From contig JBELAN010000009.1 in the NCBI GenBank assembly GCA_049508795.1, positions 64,729 to 96,728 of the forward strand: a stretch of DNA of 32,000 nt. Reading direction: 5' to 3'. A program made the translations under genes and the position numbers. Of this stretch, positions 1 to 7,953 are shown one piece after another (within the stretch, counting starts at the first letter, position 1; every line of letters starts with the position of its first letter). The notes under the pieces were generated by a model. It was not told where the DNA came from, ran no database searches, and worked only from the letters and a program-made list of their open reading frames with translations. The stretch comes from Sedimentisphaerales bacterium. Lineage in GTDB: Bacteria > Planctomycetota > Phycisphaerae > Sedimentisphaerales > Anaerobacaceae.

Positions 1-834
1 GCGGTACGCAGGAACCGGGCCGGGCTTGGCGACCCGAACCGGCCGATAGGGTCATTTCTATTTCTCGGGCCTACTGGCGTAGGCAAGACCGAACTTTCCA
101 AGGCGCTGGCTGATTTTCTGTTTAACGACCCGAATGCTATGACCAGGATTGATATGAGCGAGTTTATGGAGCAGCATTCGGTTGCGCGTCTTATAGGTTC
201 GCCGCCCGGCTACATTGGTTACGAAGAAGGCGGTAGATTGACGGAGGCGGTACGGCGGAAACCATATTCGGTGATTTTATTAGATGAGGTTGAGAAGGCA
301 CATCCGGACGTTTTTAATGTACTACTGCAGGTCTTCGACGACGGGCGATTGACCGATGGCAAGGGCCGAACCGTGGATTTCAAAAACACTGTCATCATTA
401 TGACCAGTAATATTGCCAGCCAGCAAATTCAGGAGCTGACTGAAGAATCCGGGGCAGATTGGGAAATCGAGGCCCATGTCAAAGATGCCCTCAAAAAGGT
501 CTTCAAGCCGGAGTTTCTTAACCGCATTGACGAGGTAATCGTTTTCCATATGCTCACAAAGGAGAATTTAAGAAAGATTGTTGATATCCAGCTCAATTAC
601 CTCAAGGAACGTATGAATGCACGGAAGATAGGGCTTGAATTCACGGATGATACGCGTAAGCAGATTATGGACGAGGGTTACGACCCGGTTTTTGGCGCAA
701 GGCCTTTGAAACGGACGATTCAACAGCGATTGGAAAACCCGCTTGCTGCTGAGCTTTTGGCCGGCAAATTCGCCGAGGGCGATACGATAAAAATCGACGC
801 TGACGCTCACAAATTCACTTTTGAAAAAGTATAA
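1..834 (+). CDS. clpB: ATP-dependent chaperone ClpB, C-terminal part (5' end outside window)
   Basis: Frame 1 is open from base 1 ([41 protein letters not shown]...), second AAA+ Walker A GPTGVGKT, Walker [21 protein letters not shown], and ClpB-like D2-small domain ending [30 protein letters not shown]. Confidence 0.93.
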   Translation, partial: AVRRNRAGLGDPNRPIGSFLFLGPTGVGKTELSKALADFLFNDPNAMTRIDMSEFMEQHSVARLIGSPPGYIGYEEGGRLTEAVRRKPYSVILLDEVEKAHPDVFNVLLQVFDDGRLTDGKGRTVDFKNTVIIMTSNIASQQIQELTEESGADWEIEAHVKDALKKVFKPEFLNRIDEVIVFHMLTKENLRKIVDIQLNYLKERMNARKIGLEFTDDTRKQIMDEGYDPVFGARPLKRTIQQRLENPLAAELLAGKFAEGDTIKIDADAHKFTFEKV

Positions 835-928
835 TTGTATTACCGCTGAGAACGCAAAAACCACAGAGAAGGTTCGATGAGAAATCCGAAGCGGTGAAAA
901 TCGAAAGTCGAAAGTAGAAAAACTGGGT

Positions 929-949
929 CCCAGATAAAGACATTCTGGG
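929..949. terminator. Possible stem-loop between convergent genes (CCCAGA-N9-TCTGGG)
   Basis: 6-bp stem 929-934 / 944-949 in the convergent intergenic region between clpB and the APH-family gene; no clear T-tract, so weak. Confidence 0.3.
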
Positions 950-982
950 GTCTTCGCTGCGCTACGAGGGGCTAATTGTGAT

Positions 983-2011
983 TTATGAGGTAATTGCCTG
1001 AGTTAATGTATCACGGTTATTGTTGAGCCATTCGGCTTTACGCTGAATCATTCTTAAAAAATCCAGGCCTGACAGATTTACGAAAAAGCCGGTCGCAGCC
1101 ACCGGCAGGATTGCCTCGGCTATCATCGTCTCAATCATCAAATCAAGGATGGAATTCAACTGGTTTTCGTCAAGCTCAATTACTTCGCGATAACCATTCA
1201 AAAACTGGACGAGCTTGGCCTGGTCGAGATAATCAGGCCAATCGGCAGGATTAGGCCGGTCCCCCACAATTGAAAATTGCAGCATACCATTGGCCAAGTC
1301 CGTAACCGTCGATGCAATCTTCACCGAATCAAAGTCAAGAACCGCAGTTAGTTTGTGATTGGAAAAAAGCATATTGCCCGGGTGCCAGTCGCCGTGGACG
1401 ATTTGCTGCGGCCAGGAGTCGAATCCAAGCTCGTTCACACGAATGCTGGAGGCGTTGTAAAGGGTCATCAATGTTTCGGCAGTTCTGTGCAATTTTTTGT
1501 CCGGCTGGGCCACCTTTTCAGTTCCGGTTGTTTTCAGATGTGTGCGGACAATTGAAGAATCGTGGAAACTGCCTCCCGGCGGTTTCCAATTCTCGACAAA
1601 ATCAGCCAGGTAGCGGTGAAAGTTCGCTAATTGCCGGCCTGTGTCGGCGGTAGCTTCGGCAGAGCCGTCATAGCGAGAGCCGTTGACGAACTCGAAAAGC
1701 TCGTAGATGTGATTGTTCAGGTGGAGGATTGTATTTTTCTCGTCACAGGTGGGCACAAGAGGCGCGAGCGGGAATTCCATCTCTGAGAGGCGAGACTGGA
1801 TTGCGTGGGCAAAAGCGACGTGGTAGAGGTCGTCTTTGCCTTTGGGACGGCGTTTCAGCAGGAATTTGCCGCGTTCGGAAGTAATGGCCATTTTCGGCGC
1901 GCGGCTGTTGCCTGCTGAAAGCGGCTTTGCCTGATGGATTACGCCGACGTCGTAGTGGCTGAGGACCTGGGCCAGCTCCTCGGAAGAAAAATGTGCACCG
2001 CCTCTAGGCAT
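983..2011 (-). CDS. Aminoglycoside phosphotransferase / homoserine kinase-like family protein
   Basis: 342 aa with kinase signature QIVHGDWHPGNMLF...TAVLDFDSVKIAS (HxDxxxxN and DFD). Confidence 0.85.
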   Translation of the reverse strand: MPRGGAHFSSEELAQVLSHYDVGVIHQAKPLSAGNSRAPKMAITSERGKFLLKRRPKGKDDLYHVAFAHAIQSRLSEMEFPLAPLVPTCDEKNTILHLNNHIYELFEFVNGSRYDGSAEATADTGRQLANFHRYLADFVENWKPPGGSFHDSSIVRTHLKTTGTEKVAQPDKKLHRTAETLMTLYNASSIRVNELGFDSWPQQIVHGDWHPGNMLFSNHKLTAVLDFDSVKIASTVTDLANGMLQFSIVGDRPNPADWPDYLDQAKLVQFLNGYREVIELDENQLNSILDLMIETMIAEAILPVAATGFFVNLSGLDFLRMIQRKAEWLNNNRDTLTQAITS

Positions 2012-2023
2012 AAAATTGTACGG

Positions 2024-3250
2024 CTAACGGACCAAAAGGAAAATGATAATCAAAAGCAATGTCGCTACCACAGCTCCCAAGACTAATGTCGCAATCCGGT
2101 AATGTGCGACGGTATCTTCTTTGTAAAGTTTTTCATCTGCTTCGATGACATCTCCCTTTCCTAACTGCTCCAGCACAGAGACATCGAATCTTTTGTGCGC
2201 TCGCAGCGGAGGCTGGCCGTTGCGAACAGCTTCCAAATCCGTCAGCAACTCCTCGACGTTGTTGTAGCGGTCCTCTTTGTGCTTGGCCATCATAACCTCA
2301 ATCACTTCGGATATCCCTGCGCTAAGCTTGGTGTTTATATGGTCGGGCGGAATCAATTCTTCCTTCAGGTGCTTTCTCATCACCTCCGAAGGGTCGTCCG
2401 CCATAAACGGCACCCTGCCGGTTACCATATGATAAAGAGTTGCCCCCAGGCCATAAATGTCGGCTCTGCCGTCGATGTCGATTTTGCCTCGAATTTGCTC
2501 AGGCGAGATATAGTATGGCGTCCCATAAGCTTTGCCCGCCTCGGTTTGCGCTGCCTCGATGTCCGTCGTCTCACGCGCTAAACCCATATCAGCGAGCTTG
2601 ACTACGCCGGCGGTGTTTATCATTATGTTCTTGGGCTTGACGTCACGGTGAATGAGGCCGCAGGCGTGAGCGTGCTGAAGGGCGTGGGCAACCTGAATGA
2701 CTATATTTAGTGCTTCGTCTTCCTTAAAAATCTTGCCGGCTGACAAATCATCGTGCAGAGTCCTGCCTTCGACGTATTCCATTACAAAATAGTGGTACCC
2801 CCCTGCCTCACCGACATCGAAGGCCTGGACGATATTGTTGTGATTGAGTTTTCCTGCGGCCTGGCCTTCTTTGAAAAACCGCTCCACATATTCGGGATTT
2901 CCGCTAAAGCGCTTCGGCAGAACCTTTATTGCAACTGTCCGGTTAAGACTCAATTGCAGGGCCTTATAGACGACCGCCATTGCACCGGCGCCAAGTTTGC
3001 CTAATATTTTATAACCCGGAATCTGGTATGCAGCTACCTTGCTTTCTTTGATGTTTTTCTTTAACCTTTCGGCCTGGTTCTGTGTGATATAGCCCAGGTC
3101 CACCATAAGGTCCTTGAGCATTACAGGATTGACTTTACGGCGGGATTGCAGCTCCTCAAGCGAACGACGCAGCTCCTCGTCTGAGCACAGACCCTGCTCT
3201 ACCGCCATTTTGCCGAATAATGTATCGTAACTTGTTTCGTTTGTTGTCAT
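2024..3250 (-). CDS. Eukaryotic-like serine/threonine protein kinase with C-terminal transmembrane helix
   Basis: 408 aa; YKILGKLGAGAMAVVYKA, VAIKVL, HRDVKPKNIMI, DMGLARE, GTPYYISPEQ; C-terminal hydrophobic helix IATLVLGAVVATLLLIIIFLLV. N-terminal approx. 60 aa helical segment precedes the kinase domain. Confidence 0.93.
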   Translation of the reverse strand: MTTNETSYDTLFGKMAVEQGLCSDEELRRSLEELQSRRKVNPVMLKDLMVDLGYITQNQAERLKKNIKESKVAAYQIPGYKILGKLGAGAMAVVYKALQLSLNRTVAIKVLPKRFSGNPEYVERFFKEGQAAGKLNHNNIVQAFDVGEAGGYHYFVMEYVEGRTLHDDLSAGKIFKEDEALNIVIQVAHALQHAHACGLIHRDVKPKNIMINTAGVVKLADMGLARETTDIEAAQTEAGKAYGTPYYISPEQIRGKIDIDGRADIYGLGATLYHMVTGRVPFMADDPSEVMRKHLKEELIPPDHINTKLSAGISEVIEVMMAKHKEDRYNNVEELLTDLEAVRNGQPPLRAHKRFDVSVLEQLGKGDVIEADEKLYKEDTVAHYRIATLVLGAVVATLLLIIIFLLVR

Positions 3251-3383
3251 TAACCCTCTCAGATAAGCCCTGGGCTTTACAACAAATATATACTCAAAAA
3301 CACTGATTATGTTTTATATAGGACCTTTGTCAAAGAAAATTGTAATATTTGATTACAAAAAATACAAACTTCTCTATTAAAAT

Positions 3384-3549
3384 CGACTTTTCTGGTTTTT
3401 AGGTTTAGCAGTTTTTCTGCCCCGGCGCACAGGGGTCGTCCATCCCAGGCCGAACTGGCGTAAGCCATTCCGCCTACGGCGGACAAGCCTGGCGATTTAG
3501 GGTTGACTTGGCGTCAAATCCCGCTAAACTGTTGTCTCCCTAAAAGTCG
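3384..3549. repeat. Candidate inverted-repeat-bounded intergenic element (MITE-like, about 166 bp)
   Basis: Outer arms CGACTTTT (3384-3391) / AAAAGTCG (3542-3549), inner arms GTTTAGC (3403-3409) / GCTAAAC (3523-3529), nested CCAGGC (3445-3450) / GCCTGG (3487-3492), central palindrome TCCGCCTACGGCGGA. Confidence 0.4.
3469..3487. repeat. Dispersed palindromic core TCCGCCTACGGCGGACAAG
   Basis: Related cores occur at 28685-28714, 29449-29480 and 30943-30974. Confidence 0.6.
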
Positions 3550-3585
3550 GCGTTATCAAAACAGTAAGCTTCAAGGAGCCAATAA

Positions 3586-4497
3586 GTGGCTTATAATTGC
3601 GTTGTTTTAATCAAACAAGTTCCTGATACCAAAAGGATTACCGGCGATGCGATGAACGATGACGGCACGGTCAATCGTTCAGCTCTGCCGGCCATTTTCA
3701 ATCCGGAAGACCTTAATGCGCTCGAGTTAGCTCTGCAGATTAAGGACAAATTCGGCGGCAAAATAACGGTTATCACGATGGGCCTGCCTGCGGCAAGTGC
3801 AATTCTTCGCGATTCGCTTTTCCGCGGGGCTGACGATTCGATTTTGATAACCGACCGGCGATGTGCCGCGAGCGATACATTAGCAACCAGCTATATCCTG
3901 AGCTGTGCGGTCAAAAAGGTTGATTATGACATAGTCCTCTGCGGCAGGCAGGCGATTGACGGCGATACCGCGCAGGTCGGCCCGCAGTTGGCGGAGAAAT
4001 TGGGTGTTCCACAGATTACTTACGTCGAAGAGCTTATCGAACTTAACGGCAAAACCATAACAGCTCGTCGCAACATCGGGGCCGGCTGGCAGCAGGTCAG
4101 GACCAAATTGCCCGCTCTTTTGACCGTTACCGCTGACGCAAATGAGCCCAGAGTTGCCGCCGCGAAAAAGATAATGAAGTATAAAAATGCACGAACACCC
4201 ATCGAGGTTGAACAAAAAATCAAACCTGAAAACGCAGAGGCAACCGAAGCAGATATTCAGAAACTCGTTAAACACAAATGCAGTGAATTAGAGGAAAAAG
4301 GCCTGCTGATTAAGCAATGGGATTTGGACTTTGTCGGGGCCGATTTGAAATGGTGCGGGCGAAACGGGTCGCCGACGAAAGTGCATCGTATTCAAAGCGT
4401 GGTTCTGGCGACGAAAGAAACGAAAAACATTGAGCCAAATGACCAGGGCATTTCAGGTATGATACACGAACTGATTGAAGATAAGATAATAGCGTAA
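3586..4497 (+). CDS. etfB: Electron transfer flavoprotein subunit beta
   Basis: 303 aa; CVVLIKQVPDTKRI, NPEDLNALELALQIKD, DYDIVLCGRQAIDGDTAQVGPQLAEKLGVPQITYVEEL are classic EtfB motifs. Confidence 0.95.
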   Translation: MAYNCVVLIKQVPDTKRITGDAMNDDGTVNRSALPAIFNPEDLNALELALQIKDKFGGKITVITMGLPAASAILRDSLFRGADDSILITDRRCAASDTLATSYILSCAVKKVDYDIVLCGRQAIDGDTAQVGPQLAEKLGVPQITYVEELIELNGKTITARRNIGAGWQQVRTKLPALLTVTADANEPRVAAAKKIMKYKNARTPIEVEQKIKPENAEATEADIQKLVKHKCSELEEKGLLIKQWDLDFVGADLKWCGRNGSPTKVHRIQSVVLATKETKNIEPNDQGISGMIHELIEDKIIA

Positions 4498-4511
4498 CGC
4501 TTGTACAAATT

Positions 4512-5432
4512 ATGATAGATGTGAATAAAAAAGGTGAGGTTTGGGTATTTGGTGAGCAGCATAACGGGCACCTGGAAGATACGCCGATTGAATTGATGAG
4601 CAAGGCAAGGCGATTAGCTGATACCTTAGGTGTAAAATTAGCTGCGGCTGTTTTGGGTAATGGGGCCAGAGACATTGCAGCAAAGTTAATACATTACGGC
4701 GCCGACAAGGTGTATTTAGCCGAGCATCCCCTGCTTGGCGCTTATCAGACGAACAGTTACGCAAAGGTAATGTTCGATTTGATACACAAGTATAAGCCGC
4801 AGATTGTGCTTTACGGAGCTACTATAACCGGCAGGGATTTGGCACCTCGGATTGCAAGCGCTGCAAAAGCGGGACTTACCGCAGACTGCACGGACCTTCA
4901 AATCGGTGACCACCAGACCGCCAAAGACGGGCAATTCCACAAGAACCTGCTGTTTCAGATACGGCCGGCCTTCGGCGGAAATATAATCGCAACTATCATA
5001 AATTACGACCGCTGGCCGCAAATGGCCACCGTCCGCGAAGGCGTGATGCCGATGCCGGAGCCGAATACCGGGCGCAAGGGGGAAATTATCAAAGAGAAGG
5101 TGCAAATTTCGCAGCAAGACCTGCCACTCGAGATTCTTGAAGAGCACAAACGGCCCAAAAAAGTCAACCTCAAAGCGGCAAGAATAATCGTTGCCGGCGG
5201 AGCAGGTGTAGGCAGCAGGGATAATTTCAAACTCATCTGGGATTTGGCAAACTGCTTAGGTGCAGCGCCGGCGGCCACCAGAGCAGCGGTCGATTTGGGC
5301 TTTATTGACAGCGACCATCAGGTCGGCCAAACCGGCACAACCGTCAGACCCTCGCTTTACATCGCAGTCGGGGTCAGCGGCGCTATTCAACACCAAGCAG
5401 GTATGAACCAGAGCCAGAAAATTGTGACCTGA
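4512..5432 (+). CDS. etfA: Electron transfer flavoprotein subunit alpha; apparent internal deletion/frameshift near the C-terminus
   Basis: VWVFGEQHNGHLEDTPIELMSKARRLAD...AAKAGLTADCTDL...TGTTVRPSLYIAVGVSGAIQHQAGMNQSQKIVT* stops just before the expected cofactor-binding AINKD.../ADYGIVGD region; C-terminal-like residues DLNVVVPKMIKAMKEK follow in another frame up to TAA 5507-5509. Confidence 0.9.
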   Translation: MIDVNKKGEVWVFGEQHNGHLEDTPIELMSKARRLADTLGVKLAAAVLGNGARDIAAKLIHYGADKVYLAEHPLLGAYQTNSYAKVMFDLIHKYKPQIVLYGATITGRDLAPRIASAAKAGLTADCTDLQIGDHQTAKDGQFHKNLLFQIRPAFGGNIIATIINYDRWPQMATVREGVMPMPEPNTGRKGEIIKEKVQISQQDLPLEILEEHKRPKKVNLKAARIIVAGGAGVGSRDNFKLIWDLANCLGAAPAATRAAVDLGFIDSDHQVGQTGTTVRPSLYIAVGVSGAIQHQAGMNQSQKIVT

Positions 5433-5501
5433 ATGTTGTTGTGCCCAAAATGATAAAGGCAATGAAAGAAAAAAGTATCAAAGAAGAAAAGACAGCAGAA
5501 A

Positions 5502-7250
5502 ATGGCTAACTTCTACAGAGACAACGATGATATACAGTTTTTGTTCAGGCATATTGACCTAGACAAGCTGGCAGAGCTTACCGAAGAGGGGTTTAAGTTC
5601 GCAAACGAGTTCGACTACGCCCCTGCCAACGCCGATGAGGCAATACAAAATTATGATATGGTCCTTGATTCGCTGGGGCAATTGAGCGGCGATTTTATCG
5701 CTCCGCGAGCAGAAGACGTTGACCGCCAGGGCAATACCCTTAACGAGGACGGAACGGTTACTTATGCAAAAGGGATACGGGAATCTGTTGAAAAACTTGC
5801 CAAAGCCGATGTGATGGGTTTTACGCTGCCATACAGATTCGGCGGGCTGAACTTCCCAAACCTTATTTACTCGATGGCTATCGAGGTTGTCTCGCGAGCA
5901 GATGCGTCGCTTATGAACATATTCGGCCTGCAGGGGATTGCCGAGACAATCAACGCTTTTGCATCGGAAGAAATAAAAGAGAAATACTTATATGATTTTG
6001 CTGCCGGTAAGGTTACCGGCGCGATGGTGCTGACTGAGCCGGACGCCGGTTCGGATTTGCAGGCGGTCAAACTGCGGGCATTTCAGGACACGGCAGGTGC
6101 TTGGTTCCTGCACGGCGTAAAACGTTTCATAACCAACGGCTGCGGCGATGTCCTGCTGGTATTGGCCCGCAGCGAGCCGGACAGAAGCGGAGGCCTGGGG
6201 CTGAGTCTTTTCGTCTGCGACAGAGGTGCAACCATCCACATTCGTCGGCTGGAGGACAAATTAGGCATCCACGGTTCGCCGACCTGCGAGATATTCTTTG
6301 ACAATACCCCCTGCCAATTAATCGGCGAACGCCAGCGCGGCCTTGTAACTTATGTTATGAGCTTAATGAACGGCGCCCGCATCGGCATCGCGGCCCAATC
6401 CCTCGGTATTGCCGAAGCGGCTTTCCGAGTCGCCCGCGACTATGCCGCCACGAGAAAACAGTTTGCAGTAGCTATTGAAAAGCTGCCGGCCGTCCGCGAT
6501 ATGCTCATCGATATGAAAATTGCCATCGAGGCAGGCAGAGCACTTTTATATGAGACAAGCCGCGTCGTCGATATGGAAATCGCATATACCAAAATTCAGG
6601 AGACCAAACCGCCGGAAGGCAAAGAGCAGGCCAAACAGCTCAAAGAAGACACACGAAAATACAAAAGGTATTCCGGAATGCTGACGCCGATGAGCAAATA
6701 CTATTGTTCCGAGATGTGCAACAGGGTTGCTTACGATTCGATTCAGGTCCTCGGCGGTAGCGGCTATATGCGGGACTACGCCTGCGAACGGCACGCCCGC
6801 GACGCCAGAATCACAACTATTTACGAGGGGACAAGCCAGTTGCAGGTTGTTGCCGCCGTTCGCGGAGTCTGCAGCGGGACAGCCGAGAAATTTATTACCG
6901 AACTTGCCGAGAAGGATTATGACCCCCAGTTGAAAGACCTGCTTGAAAAACTATCTGCGGGAACGGAGCAATTGAAGAACGCCGTCGCTTTTGTTAAAGA
7001 AAACGGCAACGAATATATGGACCTCTGCGGCAAAGCTCTGGTCGATATCGCGATAGATTTGATTAACGGCTACTTATTCTGCGGCCAGGCAGGCGAGAGA
7101 CAAGGAACGCAGCGCAAGGCAGAGATTGCCAGAAGATATATCACTAGAATCTCGCCGAAGATTACGGCTTTGGCGGAATTGATTAGGATGGGGGATAAAT
7201 CCACATTTACAGAATACGAAGCGGTAATCGGGCCTGTGCCAACCGAATAA
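5502..7250 (+). CDS. Acyl-CoA dehydrogenase family protein
   Basis: 582 aa; VLTEPDAGSDLQAVKLRA, HGVKRFITNGCGDVLLVLARS, RIGIAAQSLGIAEAAF, YDSIQVLGGSGYMRDYACERHARDARITTIYEGTSQLQVVA. Confidence 0.95.
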   Translation: MANFYRDNDDIQFLFRHIDLDKLAELTEEGFKFANEFDYAPANADEAIQNYDMVLDSLGQLSGDFIAPRAEDVDRQGNTLNEDGTVTYAKGIRESVEKLAKADVMGFTLPYRFGGLNFPNLIYSMAIEVVSRADASLMNIFGLQGIAETINAFASEEIKEKYLYDFAAGKVTGAMVLTEPDAGSDLQAVKLRAFQDTAGAWFLHGVKRFITNGCGDVLLVLARSEPDRSGGLGLSLFVCDRGATIHIRRLEDKLGIHGSPTCEIFFDNTPCQLIGERQRGLVTYVMSLMNGARIGIAAQSLGIAEAAFRVARDYAATRKQFAVAIEKLPAVRDMLIDMKIAIEAGRALLYETSRVVDMEIAYTKIQETKPPEGKEQAKQLKEDTRKYKRYSGMLTPMSKYYCSEMCNRVAYDSIQVLGGSGYMRDYACERHARDARITTIYEGTSQLQVVAAVRGVCSGTAEKFITELAEKDYDPQLKDLLEKLSAGTEQLKNAVAFVKENGNEYMDLCGKALVDIAIDLINGYLFCGQAGERQGTQRKAEIARRYITRISPKITALAELIRMGDKSTFTEYEAVIGPVPTE

Positions 7251-7260
7251 GGAGGAGATA

Positions 7261-7941
7261 ATGCTTCGAGCTGTTATATTCGATTTTGACGGGGTGATAA
7301 CGGATTCTGAGGTTTTGCACCTTCGTGCCTTTAATCAGGTGCTGGCACAATACGGCGTTGAGATTTCAACAAGGGATTATTACAAGGAATATCTCGGCCT
7401 GAGCGATTTTGATTTTTTTAAGGCCATTATCGATAAAGAGGTGTTACAAAAGCCGGCTAAGAGTATCGAAAATCTCGCAGAAGAAAAAACCGAGGTGTTT
7501 AAAGAACTGGCAAAGACCGATGGCAGAATAATCGAAGGTGTACGGGATTTCCTGCAGATGCTCGGCCGGAACAATATACCTAAGGCGATATGCTCGGGGG
7601 CGCTGCTGACAGAGATTGAACTTGTATTGGAACAGGCCCGACTGCGGTCTTTCTTTGAGGTGATAGTTTCCGCAGAATTCGTAAAAAAAGGCAAGCCCAG
7701 TCCTGAGGGTTTCCTGCTGACTTTGAAAAAGCTCAATCGCAATCGGCAGAACCCCATTTTGCCAAACCAATGTATTGTGATAGAAGATTCGCATTGGGGA
7801 CTTGAAGCAGCCAGAGCAGCGGGAATGCATAGTGTCGCAGTAACAAATTCATACGAAGCCGACCAGCTAACCTTAGCCGAAAAGATTGTTACGAAACTCG
7901 GCGAATTAAGTATGGAGGATTTGCAAAATCTTTGCAGATGA
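7261..7941 (+). CDS. HAD-superfamily hydrolase, beta-phosphoglucomutase-like phosphatase
   Basis: 226 aa; MLRAVIFDFDGVITDSE, KAICSGA, KPSPEGFLLTLKKL, CIVIEDSHWGLEAARAAGM. Confidence 0.88.
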   Translation: MLRAVIFDFDGVITDSEVLHLRAFNQVLAQYGVEISTRDYYKEYLGLSDFDFFKAIIDKEVLQKPAKSIENLAEEKTEVFKELAKTDGRIIEGVRDFLQMLGRNNIPKAICSGALLTEIELVLEQARLRSFFEVIVSAEFVKKGKPSPEGFLLTLKKLNRNRQNPILPNQCIVIEDSHWGLEAARAAGMHSVAVTNSYEADQLTLAEKIVTKLGELSMEDLQNLCR

Positions 7942-7953
7942 CCGGTTGAAGGG

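Noticed and set aside
3880-6304. Antisense ORFs opposite etfB/etfA/acyl-CoA dehydrogenase (131, 143, 83 aa and others)
   Set aside because: They overlap strongly supported coding genes in reverse and have no motif support.
3586-7250. EtfAB plus dehydrogenase as an electron-bifurcating (Fix-type) complex
   Set aside because: No FixC/FixX, ferredoxin or Rnf-type genes in the window; the operon fits a standard acyl-CoA dehydrogenase electron-transfer set.
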